A stretch of 64,000 bases of DNA from Kiritimatiellia bacterium (GTDB lineage: Bacteria; Verrucomicrobiota; Kiritimatiellia; RFP12; UBA1067). Below the pieces are notes generated by a model that ran no database searches, was not told the DNA's origin, and was given only the letters and a program-made list of their open reading frames with translations. Numbering within the stretch: position 1 is the first letter of the stretch; every line of letters begins with the position of its first letter. The stretch lies in NCBI GenBank assembly GCA_050949565.1, contig JBMNFY010000017.1, forward strand, positions 1,216,001-1,280,000, read 5' to 3'. Position numbers and translations under genes: made by a program. Below are positions 1-9,839 of this stretch, piece by piece.

Positions 1-909
1 TCCGACATCAAGAGCAATGGGGATAAGTCGTGCTTTGTAAAAGTAGGCCCTCAGACCTTCGCACTTCGGGATTCCACAGAAATAGAGGGTGACACGGCGT
101 CGGTTCTTGCACCTGTCGAAAAGCCCTCAAAACCTCATCCCATCAACGCGGGCTTTTCCTTCATCGATTGTGCTCAGAAGGTGCTTGAGGAGTTCAGCGG
201 CAAAAATCCGATGCACTACAAGGAAATCACCGAGAAGGCGTTGGAAAAAGGATGGTTGGTGACGAGCGGAAAAACGCCCGAGGCCACCATGTATGCCCAG
301 GTGATTACCGAGATCAAACGCCAGCAGAAACGCGGTGAGCGGCCCCGCTTCGTTCAGCACGGCCGTGGCTATGTGGGCCTGAGCCAATGGATGGGGCGTG
401 GACTCGCATTCCAAATCGAGCAGCACAACCACCAGGTCCGCAAGGTCTTGCGCGAGCGCTTGCTGGCCATGAAGCCCGGTGAGTTCGAGGAGCTCATCTC
501 GCAGTTGCTGGCGGAGATGGGTTTCGAGATGGTCGAGGTAACCAAGCTCAGCGGCGACGGCGGCATCGATGTCCGGGGCACCTTGGTGGTCGGTGACGTG
601 GTCCGCATCAAGATGGCCGTCCAGGTCAAGAAATGGAAGCTCAAGAATAATATCCAGGCTCCGGTGGTTCAGCAGGTGCGCGGCAGCCTCGGAGCGCACG
701 AGCAAGGTCTGATCATCACCACCAGCGACTTCAGCCCCGGAGCCGTCAAGGAAGCCGCCCAGGCAGACAAAACCCCCATCGCCCTAATGAACGGGGACCA
801 GCTTGTGATGCTCCTGATGGAACACGGCATCGGCGTCCATCGCTCGACGCCTGACTTGTTTGAAATTGATGAAGAGTTTGTAACAGGAGGCGAGTCAAAA
901 AATGAATGA
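1..909 (+). CDS. mrr: Mrr-family (type IV) restriction endonuclease with HARE-HTH domain(s); 5' end lies outside the window
   Basis: Frame is open from base 1. HARE-HTH-like MHYKEITEKALEKGW...GKTPEATM; Mrr catalytic FEELISQLL...GDGGIDV...VQVKKW...GLIITTSDFS. Confidence 0.85.
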   Translation, partial: SDIKSNGDKSCFVKVGPQTFALRDSTEIEGDTASVLAPVEKPSKPHPINAGFSFIDCAQKVLEEFSGKNPMHYKEITEKALEKGWLVTSGKTPEATMYAQVITEIKRQQKRGERPRFVQHGRGYVGLSQWMGRGLAFQIEQHNHQVRKVLRERLLAMKPGEFEELISQLLAEMGFEMVEVTKLSGDGGIDVRGTLVVGDVVRIKMAVQVKKWKLKNNIQAPVVQQVRGSLGAHEQGLIITTSDFSPGAVKEAAQADKTPIALMNGDQLVMLLMEHGIGVHRSTPDLFEIDEEFVTGGESKNE

Positions 910-3900
910 GAAAGCTTTGGTTCAAGTTCACGGTGCAGTTGCGAAGCATCTTAGCGACGTAGCCGGGCAACTCGCCGTATTTCTAGAAAGAGTTTTACCG
1001 CCGCTGTTTGACGACTGGTGGAACAAAGCGGTCGTAAACACCCTGTCGTTTCAGCAAAAGAGACGGTTGGAGCAACGCAACATCACGTCACTGGGTGGCC
1101 TTGACCTCGCTGGACTTCTTCGGGTGTTGGACCAGAACTGGTATCAGATTTCCAACAGCCTGGACCTGACCTCCGAAGCCCGTCACTTCGTCAAGGAAAT
1201 GCAAACGGTCCGTAATCACTGGGCACACGCGGACACAGAGGGTTTCCCCGTTGACGACATATACCGGGATCTGGACACCCTCCAGCGTTTTGCGGTTGTT
1301 ATCGGCGCGGATGACACGTTGATTCAAGATTTACGGAAAACAAAGGCGGCTCTTCTCGCGTCGGAGACCCAGCCGCAACCTGACCCAGGCGCAGAGACGC
1401 CCTCCGCGCCTCCGGAAAGGAAAAACGATGCGGCCGAATTCGAACCCGGGCAAATCGTCTTCGCCAAATCAAACCCATCAAGCCGTGGCGCTGTGGTTGC
1501 CGTGCTGGCCGGAAAGCCTGAGAACCGATTCAAGGTCTTCATAGACGGGACAACCCAAACGTTTTACGCGTCGCAATTACAAGCCGAAGACCAGCGTGAG
1601 GAAAAGGAAAACATCTTACCCTGCGACCAATTCCATGCCTATCTCACCGCGCTTCAGATAAAGTATCCGGGGCTATCCACCCTCTACTCACTCAACGCCG
1701 CCCGTGTCGACTTCATCCCCTATCAATTCAGACCGGTGTTGCGCTTTATCCGGTCGGATCGTCCGCGCTTGCTCATTGCCGACGGCGTTGGTGTAGGTAA
1801 GACCATTGAAGCTGGCCTCATCCTGCGCGAGCTTCAGGCGCGGCGTGAGGTACGTTCCGTGCTCATTGTCTGCCCGCGCCCGCTGGTTACCGAGAAAAAG
1901 TGGCAGAACGAAATGAAACGCTTCGAGGAGCGCTTTACCCATCTTGATGGCGCTACCTTGCGGTATTGCATTAACGAAATGGATCTGGATGGTGTCTGGC
2001 CGGAGCAACACCAGAAAAGCATCGTCCCGTACTCCCAGTTCGATGAAACACTCCTGTATGGCTCGGCTCCCGAAGGAAAGCGGAAGCGGAAAAAAGGCCT
2101 CCTGGACCTTGATCCGCCACCCCGCTTCGATCTGGTTATTGTCGACGAGGCTCACCACATTCGAAACCAGGACACATTCAGCCACAAGGCCGTGAAGTTT
2201 TTCTGCGATCATGCTGAAGCGGTAGTTTTCTTGACGGCCACCCCGATCCAGCTCGGCAGCAACGACCTCTTTGTTCTTCTGAATACGCTCCGCCCCGATC
2301 TCATCATCGATCAGGAGAGCTTCTCGCACATGGCTGAGCCGAACCCGTTTATCAATCAGGCGGTGTCGGCGATGCGGTCTCAAACGCCGGAATGGCAAAA
2401 CCTGGCGATGGAAGCTCTCGATCAGGCGGCGTCCACGCCCTGGGGCCAGGCCATACTCAGACACAATCCGGATTTTGGTCGGGTCCGCTCTGAACTCTTG
2501 GGAGGCGGGGTTACACACGAGGAACGCATAAGGATGATCTCCGACACGGAGGGGATGCACACCTTCGCCGGTATCATCAACAGAACCCGCCGCCGCGACA
2601 TTGGGAATTTCACGGTCAGGAAGCCCGAGACTGTCGTCGTGCCATTCACTCCGGCTCAGCAGCATTTGCATGACGAACTTTTGAGAATCCAGGCTGAAAT
2701 ATTCAGCCAGATTCACAATGGGGTTAACGTGAAGTTCATGATGACCACCATCAGGCGACAGGCGGCCAGTTGCCTCTTTGGTCTTGCCCCCTTTCTTGAG
2801 GAGATCCTCAATCGCCATCTCGATGAACTGTCCTGGGAAGAAGCGGATGACACCGGCGTCCCCGAGGACGAGGCCATCATTCCCATCCAAAGCCAAATCC
2901 AGAATCTGCTGAAGGCGGCTCGTACCCTTGAGGCAAGCGACCCCAAACTCGAAGCTTTACGCAACATCATCCGCGACAAGCAAAGCCTCCCGAACAACAA
3001 GGTCATGCTGTTCAGTAGCTTCCGGCATACCCTGAGCTACTTATTCGACCATCTGAGCAAGGACGGTTTTCGCGTCGGGTTGATCCATGGGGGGACACCG
3101 GATGAGGATCGCGTGTCCCTTCGAGCCCGTTTTGAGAAGCCGAAGGAGGATGAGGACTGTCTCGACCTGTTGCTGTTTTCCGAAATCGGCTGCGAAGGTC
3201 TCGATTATCAGTTCTGCGACTGCATCGTGAACTACGATCTTCCTTGGAATCCCATGCGGGTAGAACAGCGCATCGGCCGTATCGACAGAAACGGGCAGAA
3301 GAGCGAGAGCGTCGCCATCGTCAACTTGATAACGCCGGGAACCGTGGATGCGGATATCTACGAGCGGTGCCTGGTGCGCATCGGGGTCTTCAATAACGCC
3401 CTCGGAGGGAGCGAGGAAATACTCGGGGAAATCACTCGTGAGATCAAAAACATCGCCGAAAACTACGAGTTGAGTGAGGAGGAGCGCAAGGGGAAGCTCC
3501 AGCAACTATCCGACAACAAAATCCGACTCATCCAGGAGCAGGAAGAGCTGGAGCAGAAGCAGGCGGAGCTGTTTGGCATTCGCCTTCCCCAAGAGCAGAT
3601 GAACCGCGAAATTGCCGACGCGGCGAGTTTCTGGCTATCACCGGCTTCACTCCGCAGGGTGGTGACCCTTTACCTGCAGCGCGTGTGCGGTAAAGACCAG
3701 GAGTTTATTCTTGGCGAAAAGCCGCTCAAGACCCTCCGGCTGGCCCAGGAATCCCGTGGCCACCTTTTAAGGGATTTTCAGCAGCTCCCCAGGCAGAACA
3801 CTTCTGCTTACCGCGAATGGGAAAATTGGCTCAAGGGCGGGAGCCAGCATTTGGCCATCACCTTCGAGTCTGATTGCGCCATGCAGCATCCCGAGGCCGC

Positions 3901-4501
3901 CTTCATCATGCCCCTCCATCCATTGGTCAAACAGGCGGCTCTGTCATTTGATACCAAACAACGAGTCACAACCAACCTGAAGGCAGTATCCAACGAGATC
4001 CCCGCAGGCAGGTACGAATTCGCTATTTACCAATGGCGCTACCACGGCATCAGGGAGGACTTGGTGCTTAAGCCTATCGCCTCGAACGCCACGGTGACTG
4101 AGCATCTTGGTCGCCTTTTGGAGAGTGCGGCGGATTGTCCTGGCGCTATGCCAGACGGCCTTGGCGCTTCAGTTTGGGACGACTTGGACGCCCAGCACTA
4201 CAGCTTGTGGAACGACGCGAGAAGCAGACACCGGCAAAAGACCCAGGAACAGGCTGAATACCGGCGGGAGAGCCTATCCACCAGTCACCGAGCGCGAATC
4301 GCTCTTCTGGAAGAACAGCTTAGCCAAGCGACCAACGAGAAGATACAAAAAATGCGTCAGTCTCAAATTGCCGCCGCAGAGGCGGACTACGCAAGACGAA
4401 TCCAAGAGCTGGACATCGCTTTGGAGAGAGCGGACATCGTCGCCGGTCCTGTTGCGTATGGTGTGATTCATGTTTCCGGGGGAAGCGCCAATGCCGACTG
4501 A
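902..4501 (+). CDS. SNF2/RapA-like SF2 helicase with N-terminal Swt1-like HEPN domain
   Basis: ADGVGVGKT, DEAHH, TATP, EGLDYQ, YDLPWNPMRVEQRIGRIDR; N-terminal DLAGLLRVLDQNW...RNHWAH (RxxxxH). Start overlaps the mrr stop. Confidence 0.88.
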   Translation: MNEKALVQVHGAVAKHLSDVAGQLAVFLERVLPPLFDDWWNKAVVNTLSFQQKRRLEQRNITSLGGLDLAGLLRVLDQNWYQISNSLDLTSEARHFVKEMQTVRNHWAHADTEGFPVDDIYRDLDTLQRFAVVIGADDTLIQDLRKTKAALLASETQPQPDPGAETPSAPPERKNDAAEFEPGQIVFAKSNPSSRGAVVAVLAGKPENRFKVFIDGTTQTFYASQLQAEDQREEKENILPCDQFHAYLTALQIKYPGLSTLYSLNAARVDFIPYQFRPVLRFIRSDRPRLLIADGVGVGKTIEAGLILRELQARREVRSVLIVCPRPLVTEKKWQNEMKRFEERFTHLDGATLRYCINEMDLDGVWPEQHQKSIVPYSQFDETLLYGSAPEGKRKRKKGLLDLDPPPRFDLVIVDEAHHIRNQDTFSHKAVKFFCDHAEAVVFLTATPIQLGSNDLFVLLNTLRPDLIIDQESFSHMAEPNPFINQAVSAMRSQTPEWQNLAMEALDQAASTPWGQAILRHNPDFGRVRSELLGGGVTHEERIRMISDTEGMHTFAGIINRTRRRDIGNFTVRKPETVVVPFTPAQQHLHDELLRIQAEIFSQIHNGVNVKFMMTTIRRQAASCLFGLAPFLEEILNRHLDELSWEEADDTGVPEDEAIIPIQSQIQNLLKAARTLEASDPKLEALRNIIRDKQSLPNNKVMLFSSFRHTLSYLFDHLSKDGFRVGLIHGGTPDEDRVSLRARFEKPKEDEDCLDLLLFSEIGCEGLDYQFCDCIVNYDLPWNPMRVEQRIGRIDRNGQKSESVAIVNLITPGTVDADIYERCLVRIGVFNNALGGSEEILGEITREIKNIAENYELSEEERKGKLQQLSDNKIRLIQEQEELEQKQAELFGIRLPQEQMNREIADAASFWLSPASLRRVVTLYLQRVCGKDQEFILGEKPLKTLRLAQESRGHLLRDFQQLPRQNTSAYREWENWLKGGSQHLAITFESDCAMQHPEAAFIMPLHPLVKQAALSFDTKQRVTTNLKAVSNEIPAGRYEFAIYQWRYHGIREDLVLKPIASNATVTEHLGRLLESAADCPGAMPDGLGASVWDDLDAQHYSLWNDARSRHRQKTQEQAEYRRESLSTSHRARIALLEEQLSQATNEKIQKMRQSQIAAAEADYARRIQELDIALERADIVAGPVAYGVIHVSGGSANAD

Positions 4502-7500
4502 CTACGACAGGATACGAGAGGACAATATCCGTGAGTACGGTCAAGGGACACGCCACCTGTCCTTTCTGGGCCGACTGTACACAGATCGAACCCATTTCGT
4601 TTTCGAGCTTCTTCAGAATGCGGAGGATGCGGGCGCTACCCGAATACTCTTCAGCCTTTTCGACGACAGGCTGGAAGTTACCCATGATGGCCGTCTTTTC
4701 AATGAGCGGGATGTCAGAGGGGTGTGCGGTGTCGGAGAAGGAACCAAAACCGAAGATCTGACGCAAATAGGAAAGTTCGGAATCGGTTTCAAGTCGGTCT
4801 ACGCCTACACGGCTACTCCGGAAGTCCACTCCGGCGGAGAAGGTTTCAGGATAGAGAACTACGTGCGCCCTTACGCGGTGACCTCCAAGCCAGCCGGTAA
4901 CTCCTGGACCACGCTCTTTGTCTTCCCCTTCAATACTGAAGAAATAGCGCCAGAGACCGCATGCAAGGAAATCGGCGATCGCCTCCGCAACCTGAGCGCC
5001 AGAACACTTTTGTTCCTCAGAAGGATCAACGAAATCGAGTACAGGCTGCCAAACTCAACAGGCGGTGTCTACCTGCGAGAAGAGATTGCACGAGGACCCG
5101 CCCGACAAGTCAGCATCATCGGTCAAAACAACGGCAAGGACGAGGAGGAAAACTGGCTCATTTTTGAACGACCGGTACCCGTACCGGGGAATTCGGATAC
5201 TGTGCGTGTTGAAGTCAGCTTCCGGCTGGAGGCAGAAGACAAGGCCGGAAAGAATCCCGAACGTATAGTCAAGGTTAAAGATTCTCCCCTGGTCGTTTAT
5301 TTCCCGACAGAGAAGGCCACAAGGTTCGGATTCCTCATTCAAGGGCCATACAGGACAACACCATCTCGTGACAATATTCCAAAAGACGACGACTGGAATG
5401 AGACGCTGGTAAAAGAAACTGCTGAACTCATCGGAGATATTCTGCCTGAGATAAAGGATCTTGGCCTGCTCTCGGTATCCTTCCTTGAGGCGCTTCCGAT
5501 TAGAACCGAGGATTTTCCAGGCGACAGCATGTTTTATCCCATCGTCGAGTCGGTTCGGAACACGTTGATCAAAGAAGCACTCCTCCCGGCCGATGACGGT
5601 TCGTTCGTGTCCGCCGGGAACGCAAAACTCGCTCGCGGTGCTGACCTCAGAAAACTGCTGGGCCAGGTGCAGCTTGGTCAGTTGTTTCAGTCCCCATCCA
5701 CAATCAAATGGCTTACCGGGGAGATAACCCAGGACCGAACGCCTGACCTCCGTTCCTACTTGATTAGCGAACTTGACGTGGAGGAAGTGACTCCGGACGG
5801 TTTAGCCCGAAGAATCAGCAATGCCTTTCTGTCTATCCAACCAGATGAATGGTTTGTTGATTTTTATGGATATCTATCCGGCCAGGAGGCGCTTTGGAGA
5901 TCCAAAGGTGTTTATGGGTATCCTGCGGAAGGCCCCCTTCGCAGGAAACCGATTATTAGATGTCAGGATGGACAGCAACGCGCTCCTTTCGATGAATCTG
6001 GCAATCCCATCGTCTTTCTCCCTGTCGAGTCAAGGGTTGAGTACCATGTTGTCCGCAAATCTATCTACGAAAACGAGAAGGTAGCGGAGTTTATGCAGCG
6101 GCTTGGTCTAGTCGCTCCTGACATCTGTACGCGTGTGCTCAATGACATCATCCCTCTTTATCAGGACGACTCTGAAATAGAAGATGATGCCCACACCGAC
6201 CATGTCTCGGTCATCGCCTACGCCATGGTATTGGAAGAATCTCCGCATTACAGCAAAATGATATCCGCACTTAAGGATACCACTTGGGCGTTGGCTACTA
6301 ACGCAAAAACAGGTGAGCAATTCTACGACAAGCCAACTCATCTGTTCCTTCAGTCACCGGAGCTGCAAACCTTCTTCGAGGGGAACGTAAATGTTTGGTT
6401 CCTAGCCGAAGAAGTGGAGAACATCGACTGGCAGAAGCTGGGCGTCCGCACTGGCCCGGTCATCAATTGTCGTGGCCTTCATACAAGTCGCAATCACTTT
6501 GTTTCTTTGTGTTCGTTTCACGGATGGCATAAGCGCGGTGTCGACGGTTTTGACCCCGACACGAGTATCGATGAGCTGGAACACGCACTCATGCATATCT
6601 CACTTCCAAAGGCGGCATACATCTGGAACGAGTTGTTGCCGCCTCTAATTAGGTTTCTACACGGCCGCTACCAACGAGCCACCCACCAGAACTACGACAA
6701 TGCCACCACCTACGAAGAAGACTCGAAGTTGTGCCAAATGTTGAAGAGCCATGCTTGGTTACCCGTTGGCGTCGACGAATTCAAGAAGCCTTCTGAATGC
6801 ACAATCGCCGACTTGGTTGGTGAACTAAAGCGTAATGAAGATCTTGCAGAGGTTCTTGGGGTTCAACCCGACCCCGAAAAGCTGGCTCAGGAGGTGCTGA
6901 AGAGCGAGGATGCGCTGAAACGTGAACAAGCCAAAGCACTCGGGGTTGGCCCTGATGTGCTGGACTACATAATAAATAACCCTGAGAAAATTGAGCGTTT
7001 GATGCAGAAAGATATGGCTGCCCGCAAGGACCGCCCAACGTTTCCAACCAGGCCAGTCGCCAATCCGGAACGACGTCAAGAGCGTCTTGGCGAGCAACTA
7101 ACCGACGCGCCCGATAAGGAATACGAGAAACGCGAAAGAAGTGTTCGAACCACCAACGGTGCCATTGACCCGACCACATGGCTCCGGAATCAATATACGA
7201 ACGAAGCCGACCAAATGATCTGCCAGATATGCAAATTTGAGATGCCGTTCCGCAAGCGCGACGGGCAACACTACTTCGAGAAAAAGGAAGTGCTCTCCAG
7301 AGTTTTTCTTCCAAAGGAACATGAAGCCCAATATCTGGCACTTTGCCCTCTCTGCGCCGCTAAATACGATGAATTTGTAAAAACCGACGACGAGGTAATG
7401 GCCGAGCTAAGGGAAGAGATTGTCAGTGCGGAGGATTGTGAGATTCCAATATCACTCGGTGACGAGAAAACCAGCATCCGTTTCGTAGAGACACACCTTC

Positions 7501-7535
7501 ACGATTTGAAGGTCATTATGGATGAGGCGGAATGA
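4491..7535 (+). CDS. Sacsin-like GHKL ATPase with C-terminal HNH-like zinc module
   Basis: ELLQNAEDAGA, HDGRLF and IGKFGIGFKSVY GHKL motifs; C-terminal CQIC...ALCPLC. ATG at 4491 overlaps the helicase stop. Confidence 0.8.
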   Translation: MPTDYDRIREDNIREYGQGTRHLSFLGRLYTDRTHFVFELLQNAEDAGATRILFSLFDDRLEVTHDGRLFNERDVRGVCGVGEGTKTEDLTQIGKFGIGFKSVYAYTATPEVHSGGEGFRIENYVRPYAVTSKPAGNSWTTLFVFPFNTEEIAPETACKEIGDRLRNLSARTLLFLRRINEIEYRLPNSTGGVYLREEIARGPARQVSIIGQNNGKDEEENWLIFERPVPVPGNSDTVRVEVSFRLEAEDKAGKNPERIVKVKDSPLVVYFPTEKATRFGFLIQGPYRTTPSRDNIPKDDDWNETLVKETAELIGDILPEIKDLGLLSVSFLEALPIRTEDFPGDSMFYPIVESVRNTLIKEALLPADDGSFVSAGNAKLARGADLRKLLGQVQLGQLFQSPSTIKWLTGEITQDRTPDLRSYLISELDVEEVTPDGLARRISNAFLSIQPDEWFVDFYGYLSGQEALWRSKGVYGYPAEGPLRRKPIIRCQDGQQRAPFDESGNPIVFLPVESRVEYHVVRKSIYENEKVAEFMQRLGLVAPDICTRVLNDIIPLYQDDSEIEDDAHTDHVSVIAYAMVLEESPHYSKMISALKDTTWALATNAKTGEQFYDKPTHLFLQSPELQTFFEGNVNVWFLAEEVENIDWQKLGVRTGPVINCRGLHTSRNHFVSLCSFHGWHKRGVDGFDPDTSIDELEHALMHISLPKAAYIWNELLPPLIRFLHGRYQRATHQNYDNATTYEEDSKLCQMLKSHAWLPVGVDEFKKPSECTIADLVGELKRNEDLAEVLGVQPDPEKLAQEVLKSEDALKREQAKALGVGPDVLDYIINNPEKIERLMQKDMAARKDRPTFPTRPVANPERRQERLGEQLTDAPDKEYEKRERSVRTTNGAIDPTTWLRNQYTNEADQMICQICKFEMPFRKRDGQHYFEKKEVLSRVFLPKEHEAQYLALCPLCAAKYDEFVKTDDEVMAELREEIVSAEDCEIPISLGDEKTSIRFVETHLHDLKVIMDEAE

Positions 7536-7548
7536 CTCTGGGGGGATC

Positions 7549-8079
7549 ATGAAGTATCCGAAAAAGCACATATCAATTCGCGTGCCTTGGCACGATTCCG
7601 GATGGGATGGTCGAGTCTGTGCCAATCCACGGCTTAACGGGGCTTGCCTCAAGCTCAAACGGATTGGGCAGGAGAGAAACGATATCGCCGAGGAAGCGGT
7701 CGCCGGTCAATCGCTTGCGGACTTGCCTCAAGAAAAATGGCCTTGTTGCGTGGCTGAGCGGGTCGCGTTCATGTCGCCATTCGAATACACGAGGGTCGCC
7801 AACCACCCATACAAGCACACATCCGAGGGGAGTCACGGACACTTCGCTCCTACCGATTTACGCCATCCCGCCTATTCCGCTCCTGCGGTCCCATTCGCTT
7901 GGATGTTGCGGGAATCGATGGATGAGCTCGGCGAAACATATGGTTTGGATGTGCGGCCGCAGCGGGAGCCGGATTTAGAATTCTCCACACAGTGGATACA
8001 AGCCATAGAGAACCAAAAGGCCCTGTCAGATTGTTTTTGCGACCACATCAAGCCAGAAGAATCACTCTGTTTTTTGTAA
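7549..8079 (+). pseudogene. N-terminal fragment of a large RecD-like/AAA helicase, truncated by IS66 insertion
   Basis: HISIRVPWHDSGWDGRVC resembles the N-terminus of large RecD-like helicases of RM loci (recalled family knowledge). The ORF stops inside the IS end GTAAGCG at 8076. Confidence 0.6.
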
Positions 8080-8375
8080 GCGTTCACGGGGGGGGAGGGG
8101 TTCCTGCGACAAGTCGGTACTACCGTGCGCCTCGATTAGAACGGGCGTCTTCCCTAACCTCGATCAAGTGCACCGGTTAAGGGTGGCGGTTAAGAAGGCG
8201 ATGAAGTGTCCGCTTAAGAGTAAGAGCACAGACACTTCGCACCTGCACTTCGTCGCAACACTTCAACCCCACTCTTACTCGGTTACGCTTACTCGATCCC
8301 CGCTTGCTCGATCCCGTCTTGTCGCGCTAACGATGCGATCCGCCCGGCGTCCCTGCGGCGGGGGAGCCGGGCGAA

Positions 8376-9770
8376 TTAGCCCGAGGCGGGTAACAGGGAG
8401 GGTGCGGGTTCGTTATGAAAGTAGGCGCGGACGGCTGTGAGGATAAACTCGAAGGCGAAACGCTCCTGAAGTGAACAGGTGCCGACCACCGTCCATAGCC
8501 GTTCGTTGGTTTTTCGTCCTTTTTCGCTGCGCGTACCCTGTGTGATGAGGCGATCAATCACTATAAAACGAACCGCTTGCTCGGCCAAATTATTGGTGGG
8601 GCCGATGCCGGGTGTGGTGATGAACGCGAAGTAGGCTTTTCCGTTTGTGCGAAAGCGTTTGGCCATATTATACCACTGTCCAAAAGTATTTATACTAAAG
8701 GTTTTGGACGAAGCGTTTGCTTGAAGGTGCATCCATCCGGTACCAACCAGGCTCCTGATCATATCGGGCGCGTGGTACATGTCCCTGAGAACTCGGGCGA
8801 CCGCATCGTCCATCGCGGTGATCGTCCCGTGGACCTTGTTCGCGACCCTGTCGCGGACGATTTCCCAGAGCTTCTCAACCGGATTAAGCTCAGGGCTGTA
8901 CGCGGGCAGGGGGAGCAGTCGCACATTCGCCGGGAGCGTTCCGTCACCGGGCCGCTGGTGAAAGCCGGCGTTGTCCCAGATCACCACGTGATGGGCTTCC
9001 GGGTCGCGCTCGGCGATCTGCCGGAGGAACATCAGCGAGAAGCCGAGGTTCACTGACGGCAGGAGCAGGAACTCGCTCTCGCCGCTGACCACGTCGACCG
9101 CGCCGTACGCATACCCCCATTCGTAATCCATCTGCATGCGCTTGACCGTCCTTTGCCCCCGCAGGCTCCAGCACCTGCGGAGCCTGTCGTGCAACCCGTA
9201 CCGCGCCTCGTCCGCGGCCCAAACGCGGACGCGGGCACCCTGCGGAATGTCCAACGCCGCAAGCTTCTCATACAGGTGCGCTTTGAATTCCTCGGCGAGA
9301 GCCTCGTCCTTCTTTGCGTGGACGGGACGCGGCACCTTGTGCGCCCCTCCGAGTTTTCCCAGCCAGTACCTCACCGTGCTGCCGGATCTTTCGATGCCGT
9401 ACTCGTCTCGCAGCCACTCCCTGACCTGCCCGGAGGTGACCCAGGCCCCGTCCGCCAGCCCCTTCGCCAGCGCCGAGGCGATCTCCTCGCTCTTCATCTC
9501 GCTCGGCCGCCCCGGGCGCGCCCCGTCCCCCAGCAGCCCGTCAAGCCCCCCAGAGAAATAGGCGTTGAACCAGTTGATGACCGTCGCGCGAGACCGCATC
9601 ACGATCTCGCCAAGCCGCTGGTAGCTGTAGATGCCCTCCGTCGCGAGCAGCAGCACCTGGGCCTTCTGCCTGTCCTTTGCGCAAGACGCCTCTTTGTAAA
9701 CGCGCTCGAGTTCCTCGCGCGCGGCCGGATCGAGTACGACTTTCACGCATGGCCGTCCTTTTCGTTTCAT
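8376..9770 (-). CDS. IS630 DDE transposase reading through in frame into the C-terminal ~97 aa of the IS66 transposase
   Basis: N-terminal HTH, ADEARYG, WDNAGFH, LPAYSPELNPVE; continues WYN-MAKRF...TNNLAEQAVR. Confidence 0.85.
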   Translation of the reverse strand: MKRKGRPCVKVVLDPAAREELERVYKEASCAKDRQKAQVLLLATEGIYSYQRLGEIVMRSRATVINWFNAYFSGGLDGLLGDGARPGRPSEMKSEEIASALAKGLADGAWVTSGQVREWLRDEYGIERSGSTVRYWLGKLGGAHKVPRPVHAKKDEALAEEFKAHLYEKLAALDIPQGARVRVWAADEARYGLHDRLRRCWSLRGQRTVKRMQMDYEWGYAYGAVDVVSGESEFLLLPSVNLGFSLMFLRQIAERDPEAHHVVIWDNAGFHQRPGDGTLPANVRLLPLPAYSPELNPVEKLWEIVRDRVANKVHGTITAMDDAVARVLRDMYHAPDMIRSLVGTGWMHLQANASSKTFSINTFGQWYNMAKRFRTNGKAYFAFITTPGIGPTNNLAEQAVRFIVIDRLITQGTRSEKGRKTNERLWTVVGTCSLQERFAFEFILTAVRAYFHNEPAPSLLPASG

Positions 9771-9839
9771 GAGAAAAGTGTCTCAAAAAACCGTCTGACG
9801 TGCAACTATTATAGTATAATTATTTTTCATCGGAGGTAT
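8671..9839 (-). mobile_element. IS630-family insertion sequence
   Basis: Imperfect terminal IRs TACCTCCGATGAAAAATAATTATACTA / TACCACTGTCCAAAAGTATTTATACTA (20/27 identical), flanked by TA at 8669-8670 and 9840-9841. Removal restores IS66 ...REAFN-MAKRF. Confidence 0.85.

Noticed and set aside
902-7535. Assignment to DISARM or BREX
   Set aside because: No DrmA/DrmB, PglZ, BrxC or methyltransferase visible in the window
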